Shown: positions 37,274-46,844, counted from the stretch's first letter. The stretch is 64,000 nt of DNA from an uncultured delta proteobacterium (GCA_963782055.1 CAWAIF010000003.1:3456001-3520000); one strand, 5' to 3'. The notes: generated by a model not told the origin, from the sequence alone. Numbers and translations are program-made.

Positions 37274-38788
37274 ATGAAGCTCCGGAACGCCCTCTTTCTC
37301 GCCGCCCTGGGCATGGCTGGTTCCAGCGCGGGCGCCCTCGCGCTGCCCGTCCCCCACGACGCCTGGAAGCCCGCGGTCACCACGCAGGCACCCGTCGCGG
37401 TGAGCGACATGTCGCACTTCGTCGCCGGGCAGACCCTCACGGTGGACGCCCGCCTGGGACACGCGTCGCTCGCGCGGGGCGGCGACGGAGAGACGTACCT
37501 GTTCGCGTCGGTGAGCGGCGTGGACGCCCCGAGCGCGGCGCCTCCGCTCCACCTGGCGGTGGTGATCGACCGCTCCGGGTCCATGAAGGGGGAGCGCATC
37601 GCCCGCGCCATCGACGCGGCCAGCGCCATCGTGGAGCGGATGCGCGAGGGCGACTCCATCACGGTGGTGAGCTTCGACACGACCTCGCGCGTGGTGGTGC
37701 CCCCGACCACGGTCGGCGCCGGATCGCGCGCGAGCATCGAGGCGGCGATCCGGTCCATCCGGCTGGGCGGCGACACCTGCATCTCGTGTGGCCTCAGGAC
37801 CGCCATGACCGAGCTGGACACGCTCCCGCTCTCCGGCGACCACGTCACGCGGATGATCCTGCTCTCCGACGGCGCGACCAACCACGGCATCACCGACATG
37901 GGCGGCCTGCGCGCCATGGCGGGTCACATGCGCGACCAGGGCGTGTCCATCACCACCATGGGCGTGGACGTGGACTTCGACGAGAAGGTGATGGCCGCGC
38001 TGGCGATCGAGTCCAACGGCCGCCACTACTTCGTCGAGAACGCGGCGTCGCTGCCCGCCATCTTCTCGCAGGAGTTCGACTCCCTGCTCGCCAGCGTGGC
38101 GAGCGACGGCGAGATGACGGTGGAGCTGCCCGAGGGCGTGGAGGTGGAGCAGGTCTTCGATCGCTCCTTCCGCCGCGAGGTCTCCGGCGGCAAGACGCGG
38201 GTCATCGTGCCCTTCGGCACCTTCAGCGCGAAGCAGCAGAAGACGGTGCTGATGAAGCTCCGCGTGCCGGTGGACCGCGACGGCACGCAGCCGGTCGCCG
38301 CCGTCTCGCTGGCGTACCGCGACCTGCTCTCGCGCCGCGACGGCTCCTGCGCCGGGGATCTCGCCCTGGCGGTCAAGAGCGACGGCACCGCGCAGCGGGA
38401 GCTGGATCCCTTCGTGGCGACGCGCCTGGAGCGCAGCCGCACCGGGGAGTCGCTCACCGCCGCCAACGATCTCTTCGAGCAAGGGAAGGTGGCGCAGGCG
38501 CAGGAGGTGCTCGCCACCCGCGAGACCGAGCTGCGGCGCCGCAGCGCGCGCATCGGCCACCACGCGTCCCCCATGGCGAGCGATCGGCTGAACGCCGACT
38601 TCGACAAGCAGCTCGCCTTCGTGGACGAGGCGGAGAAGAACTTCGCGCCGGCCGCCGCGGCGCCCATGGGCGGCGGCGGTGTCGGTGGGACGACGACCAC
38701 GGCCACGCCGGCCCCGGTGCAGGACACCCGCGCGGGACGCGCGCAGGTCCGGGCCAACCAGCAGAACGCCGCCGACATGGGCTTCTGA
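37274..38788 (+). CDS. Exported VWA (von Willebrand factor A) domain protein
   Basis: Signal peptide; MIDAS VVIDRSGSM; GGDT; ILLSDG; TTMGVDVDFDE...LA...GRHYFVE. Confidence 0.92.
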   Translation: MKLRNALFLAALGMAGSSAGALALPVPHDAWKPAVTTQAPVAVSDMSHFVAGQTLTVDARLGHASLARGGDGETYLFASVSGVDAPSAAPPLHLAVVIDRSGSMKGERIARAIDAASAIVERMREGDSITVVSFDTTSRVVVPPTTVGAGSRASIEAAIRSIRLGGDTCISCGLRTAMTELDTLPLSGDHVTRMILLSDGATNHGITDMGGLRAMAGHMRDQGVSITTMGVDVDFDEKVMAALAIESNGRHYFVENAASLPAIFSQEFDSLLASVASDGEMTVELPEGVEVEQVFDRSFRREVSGGKTRVIVPFGTFSAKQQKTVLMKLRVPVDRDGTQPVAAVSLAYRDLLSRRDGSCAGDLALAVKSDGTAQRELDPFVATRLERSRTGESLTAANDLFEQGKVAQAQEVLATRETELRRRSARIGHHASPMASDRLNADFDKQLAFVDEAEKNFAPAAAAPMGGGGVGGTTTTATPAPVQDTRAGRAQVRANQQNAADMGF

Positions 38789-38792
38789 GAGG

Positions 38793-39043
38793 ATGTGAAC
38801 TTCGTTCACATCCCTCTCAGTGATGTCCTGGCAGGGGCGGCACGCGCCGCCCCTCCCCGCCCAAGTAAATTGGGCGGGGCCCCTCCCCACGCGGGCCCTC
38901 CGCTACGCGTCGGGCGAGCATGTGAACTTCGTTCACATCCCTCTCAGTGATGTCCTGGCAGGGGCGGCACGCGCCGCCCCTGGGCGGGGAGGAAGATTGG
39001 GCGGGGCCCCTCCCCACGCGGGCCCTCCGCTACGCGTCGGGCG
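38793..39043. repeat. Tandem duplication of a 124-bp hairpin-rich element (period 127)
   Basis: Copies at 38793-38916 and 38920-39043 are identical except for a ~14-nt patch. They contain hairpins atgtgaac-ttc-gttcacat and ggggcggc-acgc-gccgcccc. Confidence 0.93.
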
Positions 39044-39123
39044 TCCCCACCTCGGGACTTCCTCACACACTCTGAGGAACGCCCGCTGTACGTCCGGCGT
39101 CGGGCGCGCATACTCTGAGGTGC

Positions 39124-40929
39124 GTGGCCACGCCGCTGCCCCTCGCCGCCCACTCGGAGGACGCCGCCCCGGCGCGGCCCGGCGCGAGGGGGCGCGCGCC
39201 CCGCGTGCTGGAGCGCGCGCCGGCCGACGCGCCCATGTCGGGCTTCCGGCGCGGCCGCCGCAGCCCGCGCGCCATCGCGTGGTTCGGCTTCAGCGCCTTC
39301 TGGGGGCACCTGCGCCACCTCCTCGCGTCTGCCATCGCGACCGAGAACATCGACTCGCGACAGTGGATGATGCCGGAGACACCGGAGGAGCTCCTGGCGC
39401 GCGCCACCACCCTCCTCGCCGAGCGCGGGGCGAAGCCCGCGCCGACCCTCGCCGCGTCGCTCGGCGGGGAGGTGTGGATCGACTTCGTCGCCGACACCGG
39501 CGACGACCTGGAGGTGAGCGAGCGCACGGGGGAGCTGATCGCCGGCGAGTACGAGGTGGACGACCCCGACGGTGGCGGCCGGCTGCTGCTGCCGCGCGGG
39601 CACGTGCTCTTCCACGGCGGCGACCTCGCGTACCCGGTCGCGACGGTGCGCGAGATCACGCGCCGGCTGCTCGACCCCTGGAACCGCGTCTTCGAGCGCG
39701 AGGGCGACGGCGTGCCGCGGCTGTTGCTGGGCGTGCCGGGCAACCACGACTGGTACGACGGCCTGGATGGCTTCGCGCGCCTCTGCCAGGCGCCGTGCGA
39801 GTTCGAGCGCCGGCTGGATCGCGAGTCGCGCCCCAACGAGCACCCGGTGCTCGCGTGGGCGGAGGCGTTCGTCGGCGGTGAGGCGGTGCGCAAGCCGGAC
39901 GCGCTCGCGCTCTTCGGTTACTACCCGGTGCAGCGCACCAGCTACTTCCGTCTGCCGCTCGCGCGCGGGCTGGAGCTGTGGGGCGTGGACCGGCAGCTGA
40001 AGCAGATCGACCCGCGGCAGGGGCAGTTCTTCCACCAGCAAGAGGGGCCGGTGCTGGTGGTGCTGCCCGACCCGGCGCGCTCGTGGGGCGAGGACAGGCC
40101 CAACGGCAAGGCCTCGCTGGAGGCGCTCGGACTCGATCCGGCGCGCCGTCGGGCCTACGTGCTCTGCGGCGACATCCACCACTACGAGCGCTCGGCGGAG
40201 GGGGAGGGCAGCCTGCACGTCGTGGCAGGGGGCGGGGGGGCCTTCATGCAGGGCTCGCGCATGGCCGGCGGCGCGACCTACCGCATCGACGCGGAGTTCC
40301 CCGGACCGCGAGCGTCGTGGTCCCTGCTCGAGGGATTGCCGCTGCACGTCGCGCGCGGCGGCGCGGGGTGGCTCATCACGGCGGCCTTCGCGCTGATGCT
40401 CGCCGTCGAGCTGGGCGCGCGGCTGGTGTACGGGCGCGGAGCGGCGCTGCCCTTCGCGGTCTTTCACAGCGCGGTGGTCGCCGTCGGCACGGCGGCGCTC
40501 GTCGGCTGGCGGCGGCACCGCATGTGGCGCGTGTGGCCCTTCGCCATCGCCTTCGGGCTCTTCATCGGCATCCTGCCGCTGGCGATGGGCATCTTCGTCG
40601 ACCATGTCGGCATGCGTGCACTCGGCCGCACGCTGCTCGCGCGTGGATGCGCGATCGGCGCGGGCTGGCTGGCGGCCACGCTCGCCACCGGCGCGGCCTT
40701 CGGGGCGATGCTCGCGCTCATCGCGCGCCTGGGGCTCAATCACGCGCAGCCCTTCGCCGCGCTGGGGCTACCGACGCACAAGCACTTCGTCCGGCTGCGG
40801 GTGCGGGAGGGGGAAGAGGGGACCGTCGTCGACTCTTTCGTGGTGGGGCAGGTGGATCCGCTCGGGGGGAGCCCGCCGGTCCTGGTGGACCACTTCCGGT
40901 GGGTCCCAGACGCCCCCCGCCGGCGGTAG
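39124..40929 (+). CDS. Calcineurin-like metallophosphoesterase with C-terminal TM helices
   Basis: DFVADTGD, GGDLAYP, PGNHDWYDG, GDIHHY; several hydrophobic helices; start uncertain (39124 GTG or 39235 ATG). Confidence 0.8.
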   Translation: MATPLPLAAHSEDAAPARPGARGRAPRVLERAPADAPMSGFRRGRRSPRAIAWFGFSAFWGHLRHLLASAIATENIDSRQWMMPETPEELLARATTLLAERGAKPAPTLAASLGGEVWIDFVADTGDDLEVSERTGELIAGEYEVDDPDGGGRLLLPRGHVLFHGGDLAYPVATVREITRRLLDPWNRVFEREGDGVPRLLLGVPGNHDWYDGLDGFARLCQAPCEFERRLDRESRPNEHPVLAWAEAFVGGEAVRKPDALALFGYYPVQRTSYFRLPLARGLELWGVDRQLKQIDPRQGQFFHQQEGPVLVVLPDPARSWGEDRPNGKASLEALGLDPARRRAYVLCGDIHHYERSAEGEGSLHVVAGGGGAFMQGSRMAGGATYRIDAEFPGPRASWSLLEGLPLHVARGGAGWLITAAFALMLAVELGARLVYGRGAALPFAVFHSAVVAVGTAALVGWRRHRMWRVWPFAIAFGLFIGILPLAMGIFVDHVGMRALGRTLLARGCAIGAGWLAATLATGAAFGAMLALIARLGLNHAQPFAALGLPTHKHFVRLRVREGEEGTVVDSFVVGQVDPLGGSPPVLVDHFRWVPDAPRRR

Positions 40930-40934
40930 CGGCC

Positions 40935-40969
40935 AAACGCTCCATTGCAAGCACGCGCGCAATGCGACG
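40935..40969. repeat. Degenerate palindrome family copy
   Basis: aaacgctccattgcaagca|cgcgcgcaatgcgacg, compared with consensus aaacgtcgaattgcaagca|tgcttgcaattcgacg. Confidence 0.55.
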
Positions 40970-41033
40970 AATCGCGCAGGATCCTGCGTGGAGGGCCTGG
41001 CGGCACTGCACGCATGTATCGTATGCTCGGCGG

Positions 41034-42290
41034 GTGGCACTCCGGGACAAGCTCGCTCGCCTGAGCACGAGAGGGGCCGCCGCGCCGGCGGCGACCACCC
41101 CCGCCCGGGAGCAGACGATCGACGATCTGCGCCGCCGGATGCGCGCGGTGCTCGAGCGGACGGTCACCCGCCCGGCGCCCCGCCCGGTGGAGGGTCCGGC
41201 GCTGCCCTTCGTCACCCACGACACCCCGCTCGGCCCCCTGCACGTGCGCCGTCTCCGCCTGCCTCCGTCCCACCGCACCGGCCGGGCGCCGGTCCGCGCC
41301 GCACGCGACGCCGACGCGCGCCTGCTGTCCCTGCTGGCGCTCGACCCGTCCCTCGCCGCCTGCGACCTCACCCGCGCGCTCTACCTGGACACCGAGACCA
41401 CCGGCCTGTCCGGCGGCACAGGCACCGTCGCCTTCCTCGTCGGCCTCGCTTTCTTCGAGGAGGGCGATCTGGTGGTGGAGCAGCTCTTGGTGCGCAACCT
41501 CGGCGAGGAAGCGCCCATGCTCGCCCACACGCGCGCGCGCATCGAGGCCGCGTCGATGCTCGTCACCTTCAACGGCAAGTCCTTCGACATGCCGCTGCTT
41601 CGCACGCGCTTGGTCATGGCGCGCATCGAGGCCGCGCCCGATCGCCCCCACCTCGATCTGCTCCACGTCGCGCGGCGGGTGCACCGCGCGTCGGGGATGC
41701 CGTGCCGCCTGGTCGGCCTGGAGGAGCGGGTGCTCGGCTTCGTCCGCCACGACGACGTCCCCTCCGGGGAGGTGAGCGCGGCGTACCTGCACTTTCTCCG
41801 CACCGGCGAGACGCGCGCGCTGCTCGGCGTCGTGGAGCACAACGCGTGGGACGTCGTCACCATGGCCTCGCTCGTCGGCCTCTACGGCGAGCCGCCGGAG
41901 GGGAGCGCCCTCGCGGCGCGGGATCTGGTCGGGGTGGCCCGCACGCTCCGGCGCGCCGGCGCCCACGACGAGGCCTTCGCCGCCGCGTCCCTCGCCGGGG
42001 AGCGCGGCGCCGGGCCGGAGTCGCTGCGCGCCCGGGCAGAGATCGCGCGCGCCCGCGGGGACAGGGACCGCGCCCTCGCCGACCTGGAGGCCTTGCTGCG
42101 GGAGGTGGACTGCGACGACGCGCGCCTCGCCCTCGCCAAGCTCTACGAGCACCACGTCAAGGAGCCCGCCCGCGCCCTGGCGCTGGTGGAGCAGGGCGTG
42201 GCGGAGGACCCCGCCCGCACCCAGAAGCGCCGCGCGAGGCTGGAGCGCAAGGTCGCCCGCGTCCGGCAGACCAAGCTCTTTCGCCCCTGA
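41034..42290 (+). CDS. YprB/MrfB-like DEDD exonuclease (RNase_H_2) with C-terminal TPR
   Basis: LYLDTETTGLSGG.GTVAFLVG, LVTFNGKSFDMPLL, HLDLLH, HNAWDV, LAKLYEH; GTG start at 41034. Confidence 0.88.
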   Translation: MALRDKLARLSTRGAAAPAATTPAREQTIDDLRRRMRAVLERTVTRPAPRPVEGPALPFVTHDTPLGPLHVRRLRLPPSHRTGRAPVRAARDADARLLSLLALDPSLAACDLTRALYLDTETTGLSGGTGTVAFLVGLAFFEEGDLVVEQLLVRNLGEEAPMLAHTRARIEAASMLVTFNGKSFDMPLLRTRLVMARIEAAPDRPHLDLLHVARRVHRASGMPCRLVGLEERVLGFVRHDDVPSGEVSAAYLHFLRTGETRALLGVVEHNAWDVVTMASLVGLYGEPPEGSALAARDLVGVARTLRRAGAHDEAFAAASLAGERGAGPESLRARAEIARARGDRDRALADLEALLREVDCDDARLALAKLYEHHVKEPARALALVEQGVAEDPARTQKRRARLERKVARVRQTKLFRP

Positions 42291-42344
42291 CACGCGTCCG
42301 GCCGCCGCGCCCGCGCGCGTCTTTCGTGGTAAGTCGGAGGGCCG

Positions 42345-45032
42345 ATGAGCGAAGACGATCGTGAGCGTTACGACCCCGCCGCCATCGAGCGGAAGTGGCA
42401 GGACTTCTGGGAGAAGGAGGGGACCTTCAAGGCCGAGCGCCACGCCGGCAAGCCCAAGTACTACGTCCTCGACATGTTCCCGTACCCCTCCGGCGCGGGC
42501 CTCCACGTCGGCCACCCCGAGGGCTACACCGCGACCGACATCGTCGCCCGCTACAAGCGCATGCGCGGCTTCGACGTGCTCCACCCCATGGGCTGGGACG
42601 CCTTCGGCCTGCCGGCGGAGCAGCACGCCATCCGCACCGGCACCCACCCGCGCGATACCACCCTCTCCAACATCAACACCTTCCGCCGCCAGCTCAAGAT
42701 GCTGGGCTTCAGCTTCGACTGGTCGCGCGAGGTGGACACCACCGATCCGCGCTACGTCCGCTGGACGCAGTGGATCTTCCTGCAGCTCTTCCGCCGCGGC
42801 CTCGCCTACCAGTCGGAGATCCCGGTCAACTGGTGCGCCGGGCTGGGCACCGTGCTGGCCAACGAGGAGGTCATCGACGGCAAGAGCGAGATCGGCAGCT
42901 TCCCCGTGGAACGCCTGCCGCTGCGGCAGTGGCTGCTGCGCATCACCGAGTACGCCGACCGCCTCGACGCCGATCTCGCCAGCCTGGACTGGCCGGAGAC
43001 GAAGGACAAGCAGCACCACTGGATCGGCCGCAGCGAGGGCGCGCTGGTCGACTTCGCCGTCAAGGGCGCGGCCGACGCGACCATCAGCGTCTTCACCACC
43101 CGAGTCGACACGCTCCCCGGCGCCACCTACGTCGTGCTCGCGCCGGAGCACCCGCTCACCGCGCGCCTCACCGTGCCCGCGCAGCGCGCCGCGGTGGACA
43201 CGTACGTGGCCCAGACGAAGAGGAAGAGCGACATCGATCGCGCGGACGCCACCCGCAAGAAGACGGGCGTCCCGCTCGGCACCTTCGCGGTGAACCCGGT
43301 CAACGGCGACGCCATCCCCATCTACATCGCCGACTACGTCATCGGCACCTACGGCACCGGCGCCGTCATGGCGGTGCCCGCGCACGACGAGCGCGATCAC
43401 GCCTTCGCGAAGACCTACGACCTGCCCATCGTGCAGGTCGTCGCCCCCACCGACGGTTCAGCGATCGACGTCGCGGCGTCCGCCTACACCGACGATGGCC
43501 TCGCCTTCCACTGCCGCGCCGAGCTCGCCATCGCCGACGGCACCCCCAGCGCCGAGGTGCGCAAGCAGGTGACCGCGTGGCTCACGTCGAGGGGGCAGGG
43601 GAGCGCCAAGGTCACCTACCGCCTGCGCGACTGGGTCTTCTCCCGGCAGCGCTACTGGGGCGAGCCCATCCCCATCTACTTCCCGGTGGAGTGCGCGGGG
43701 GACCCGCGGGAAGAAGGTGCAGAGTACAAGGTTCGCTACGACCAGCCCATCGCGATGGAGGAGTCGGAGCTGCCCCTGCGCCTGCCCGACCTGGAGGACT
43801 TCAAGCCCTCCGGCGATCCCGAGGGCCCGCTCGCCCGCGTGCTCGACTGGCGCTTCTTTCAGAAGGACGGCGAGTGGTTCGCCCGCGAGACCAACACGAT
43901 GCCGCAGTGGGCGGGCTCCTGCTGGTACTACCTGCGCTACCTCGACCCCCGCAACGACGAGCGCATCTTCTCCGAGGCGGCGTACGACGCCTGGATGCCC
44001 GTCAACCTCTACGTCGGCGGCTCCGAGCACGCCGTGCTGCACCTGCTCTACGCCCGCTTCTGGCACAAGGTGCTCTACGACGCGGGCGTGGTGAAGCACC
44101 CTGAGCCCTTCCAGAAGCTGGTGCACCAGGGGATCATCCTGGGCACCTCCTACCGCTACTACGCGAAGAAGGAGGGCGGCGCGCTGCTCGGCGGCGACAC
44201 CAGGGTGCACAAGGACGAGGAGACCGGCGAGCTGCGGCTGGACGGCACGACGGAGGTCGTGGAGGAGCGCTGGGCGGCGGAGGCCGACGTGGAGTCGCGC
44301 GGCAACGAGGTCGTGCACAAAACGCTCGGCGTGAAGGTCGTGATGGTCGCCGAGAAGATGAGCAAGTCGCGCGGCAATGTCGTCAACCCGGACGACATCG
44401 TGAAGGCCTACGGCGCCGACGCGCTGCGCCTGTACGAGATGTTCATGGGCCCGCTCGAGCAGACCAAGCCCTGGCAGACGAGCGCCATCGAGGGCGTGCG
44501 CCGCTTTCTGGATCGCGTCTTTTACATCGCGACCGGCAAGCTCGCCGACGAGCCCGCCGCGTACGACGTGGAGACGCGCCGCGCGGTCCACAAGACGGTC
44601 AAGAAGGTGACCGAGGACATCGAGAGCCTGCGCTTCAACACGGCGATCAGCGCCATGATGATCCTGGTCAAGCACCTGGGCGGTCTGCCCGCCGTGCCGC
44701 GCGAGGCGGCGAGCGCGCTGGTGCGGATGGTCTCGCCGTTCGCCCCGCACCTGGGGGAGGAGCTGTGGCGGCGCCTGGGCGGGAAGGAGTCCCTGGCCCG
44801 CGCGCCCTGGCCCACCTTCGATCCCGCGCTGGTGAAGGACCAGGTCATCGAGATGGGCGTGCAGGTCAACGGCAAGCTGCGCGGCGTGGTGCAGCTCGCG
44901 GTGGACGCCAGCGAGGCCGCGGCGCGCGCCGAGGCGCTCAAGGACGCCAAGGTCGCCGGCTACGTCGAGGGCAAGACGCTGCGCAAGGTGGTCTACGTGC
45001 CCGGCAAGATCCTCAACTTCATCGTGGCGTGA
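42345..45032 (+). CDS. leuS: Leucine--tRNA ligase
   Basis: MFPYPSGAGLHVGH, GWDAFGLPAE, GTGAVMAVPAHDERD, RDWVFSRQRYWGEPIP, KMSKS. Confidence 0.99.
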   Translation: MSEDDRERYDPAAIERKWQDFWEKEGTFKAERHAGKPKYYVLDMFPYPSGAGLHVGHPEGYTATDIVARYKRMRGFDVLHPMGWDAFGLPAEQHAIRTGTHPRDTTLSNINTFRRQLKMLGFSFDWSREVDTTDPRYVRWTQWIFLQLFRRGLAYQSEIPVNWCAGLGTVLANEEVIDGKSEIGSFPVERLPLRQWLLRITEYADRLDADLASLDWPETKDKQHHWIGRSEGALVDFAVKGAADATISVFTTRVDTLPGATYVVLAPEHPLTARLTVPAQRAAVDTYVAQTKRKSDIDRADATRKKTGVPLGTFAVNPVNGDAIPIYIADYVIGTYGTGAVMAVPAHDERDHAFAKTYDLPIVQVVAPTDGSAIDVAASAYTDDGLAFHCRAELAIADGTPSAEVRKQVTAWLTSRGQGSAKVTYRLRDWVFSRQRYWGEPIPIYFPVECAGDPREEGAEYKVRYDQPIAMEESELPLRLPDLEDFKPSGDPEGPLARVLDWRFFQKDGEWFARETNTMPQWAGSCWYYLRYLDPRNDERIFSEAAYDAWMPVNLYVGGSEHAVLHLLYARFWHKVLYDAGVVKHPEPFQKLVHQGIILGTSYRYYAKKEGGALLGGDTRVHKDEETGELRLDGTTEVVEERWAAEADVESRGNEVVHKTLGVKVVMVAEKMSKSRGNVVNPDDIVKAYGADALRLYEMFMGPLEQTKPWQTSAIEGVRRFLDRVFYIATGKLADEPAAYDVETRRAVHKTVKKVTEDIESLRFNTAISAMMILVKHLGGLPAVPREAASALVRMVSPFAPHLGEELWRRLGGKESLARAPWPTFDPALVKDQVIEMGVQVNGKLRGVVQLAVDASEAAARAEALKDAKVAGYVEGKTLRKVVYVPGKILNFIVA

Positions 45033-45559
45033 CCGTGCGGCGCGCGGCGCTCCTGGCGCTCCTCTGCGCGGGCTGCGGCTACCACGCCCTGTACGCCGAG
45101 CCCGCCGCGGCGCGCTATCACGTGCACCTGGGGCGCGTCGGCGTGGCGAGCGCCGCCGTCGCGGACGAGGTGGCACGCGGCGCGCGCGACGAGCTCGCCC
45201 GCGAGGGCGCCCTCTCCGCGGGCGACGGCTTCCCGCGGCTGGAGATCGACGTGCTGCGCCTGGACGAGACGAGCGAGGGCATCGCGCGCGCGACGGGCGA
45301 CGTACCCCTCGCCCGCGGCACGCAGCTCGGCGTGCTGGCTCGAGCGTACGTCGTGCGCGCGGAAGGGGCCGCGCCGGAGCTGGATACGGGCGATCTGCGC
45401 GCCCTCGACCTCGTGGAGGCCCCCGCGGACCCGCGGCGCGAGGTATTTTTGCGCGAGGACGCCTTGCGCGCGGTCGCCCGGCGGCTGGGCCACACCCTCG
45501 CCGCCCGCGTGCTCGGCCACCCGACGACGACCGAATCGCTGGGGCGCGAGCCGCCGTAG
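45029..45559 (+). CDS. lptE: LPS-assembly lipoprotein LptE-like
   Basis: Lipobox LLCAGC followed by GYH; lies directly after leuS, the established leuS-lptE arrangement. Confidence 0.65.
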   Translation: MTVRRAALLALLCAGCGYHALYAEPAAARYHVHLGRVGVASAAVADEVARGARDELAREGALSAGDGFPRLEIDVLRLDETSEGIARATGDVPLARGTQLGVLARAYVVRAEGAAPELDTGDLRALDLVEAPADPRREVFLREDALRAVARRLGHTLAARVLGHPTTTESLGREPP

Positions 45560-45586
45560 GGCGAAACGTGGTAACCTCGCCGCGCC

Positions 45587-46258
45587 ATGCCGAAAGAGGG
45601 GACGAGCTCCATCATCGTCGGCTGCGCCGGCTTCGCGGTGCCCGCCACGAGGTACTTCAAGGAGTTCCTCTTCGTGGAGATCCAGGAGACGCACGTGGCG
45701 CTCCCGGGCACGGGCACGGTGCGCCGCTGGCGGCGGGAGGCGCCCCCCGGCTTCCGCTTCGCCATGCTCGCCCCGCGCGAGATCGGCCAGGAGGGCTTCC
45801 GCGCCGGGAAGGTCACCGAGACCGCGCTGAAGAACCTCGTGGAGGTGGGGAAGGAGCTGAGCGCCACCACCGCCGTCTTCGTCGCCCCCGCGGACTTCAC
45901 CGCCTCGCGCCCCAACAAGGCCATCGTGAAGGAGTTTTTGCACGGGGTGCGGAAGAAGTTCGATCGCGTCGTCTGGGAGGCTCCCCCCGCCTGGAACGCC
46001 GACGACGCCGAAGCCGTCGCCAAGGACACGCAGGCCCTCGCCGCGCGCGACCCCCTGCGTGACGGCCTCTCCAAGGCGCCCGTCGCCTACTACCGCCTCC
46101 CGGGCCCGGCCGGCCACAAGAGCCGCTACGAGGACCCGGCCATCGAGCGGCTCGCCGACCTGGCGCGCGGCGCGCAGCACAAGGAGGTCACCTACGTGTT
46201 CACCAACGTGGACATGTTCGCCGACGCCAAGCGCTTCAAGAAGGCGATGAAGCTCTGA
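45587..46258 (+). CDS. DUF72 family protein
   Basis: VGCAGF, VEIQET, TVRRWRREAPPGFRF, YYRL.G, YVFTNVDMFADAKRF. Confidence 0.8.
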   Translation: MPKEGTSSIIVGCAGFAVPATRYFKEFLFVEIQETHVALPGTGTVRRWRREAPPGFRFAMLAPREIGQEGFRAGKVTETALKNLVEVGKELSATTAVFVAPADFTASRPNKAIVKEFLHGVRKKFDRVVWEAPPAWNADDAEAVAKDTQALAARDPLRDGLSKAPVAYYRLPGPAGHKSRYEDPAIERLADLARGAQHKEVTYVFTNVDMFADAKRFKKAMKL

Positions 46259-46364
46259 GACCCGGCCGCAGGCCCGAAGGGCGCGTGGACTGACGCCAAA
46301 TGCGCCGAGGGCGCGCGACCGGGAAGGCCGCGCGCCCCGAGGACGCCGCGAGATCGAGCCGGCC

Positions 46365-46844
46365 CTACTGGCAGGCGCTGTCGCAGTTGGTGGTCAGGCA
46401 GTCCGCCTGGGCCTTCCACATGGCCGTCGACGCGGAGTGGGCGGCGTTGCACGCGTCCACGCAGGTCTGGTCGATGCCGCCGTCGGGGGCGACGCAATTC
46501 GAGAGGCACTGGTCGAGCTGGTAGCAATCGCTGTCGCCGCCGTCCACGCTGGCGAAGCAGGCGGTCACCTGGCTGCAGCAGCTCGCCGACATGCAGGTGT
46601 CGCACGTGCCGCCGTTGTCGAAGGTGATGGAGGCGGGAGGCTGCGTTGTGCCGATGGCCTCGCAGACAGGGCCGGCGTCGACGCCGGTGTCGGGCGTGGC
46701 ATCCATGTCGCCGCTGTCGCCGCCGCCAGCGTCAGAGCCTGCGTCGTCGAAGATGCCGCTGTCGTCGCCGTTGACGGAAACCGTACAGGCGGCGGCGCCC
46801 ATGGCCAGGACGGCCGCAGTGAAGAGCGTGCTACGAATGTTCAT
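46365..46844 (-). CDS. Cys-rich lipoprotein
   Basis: GGAGG-like RBS; MNIRSTLFTAAVLAMGAAAC lipobox; Asp/Gly linker; C-x2-C...CC helical Cys-rich domain. Confidence 0.8.
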   Translation of the reverse strand: MNIRSTLFTAAVLAMGAAACTVSVNGDDSGIFDDAGSDAGGGDSGDMDATPDTGVDAGPVCEAIGTTQPPASITFDNGGTCDTCMSASCCSQVTACFASVDGGDSDCYQLDQCLSNCVAPDGGIDQTCVDACNAAHSASTAMWKAQADCLTTNCDSACQ

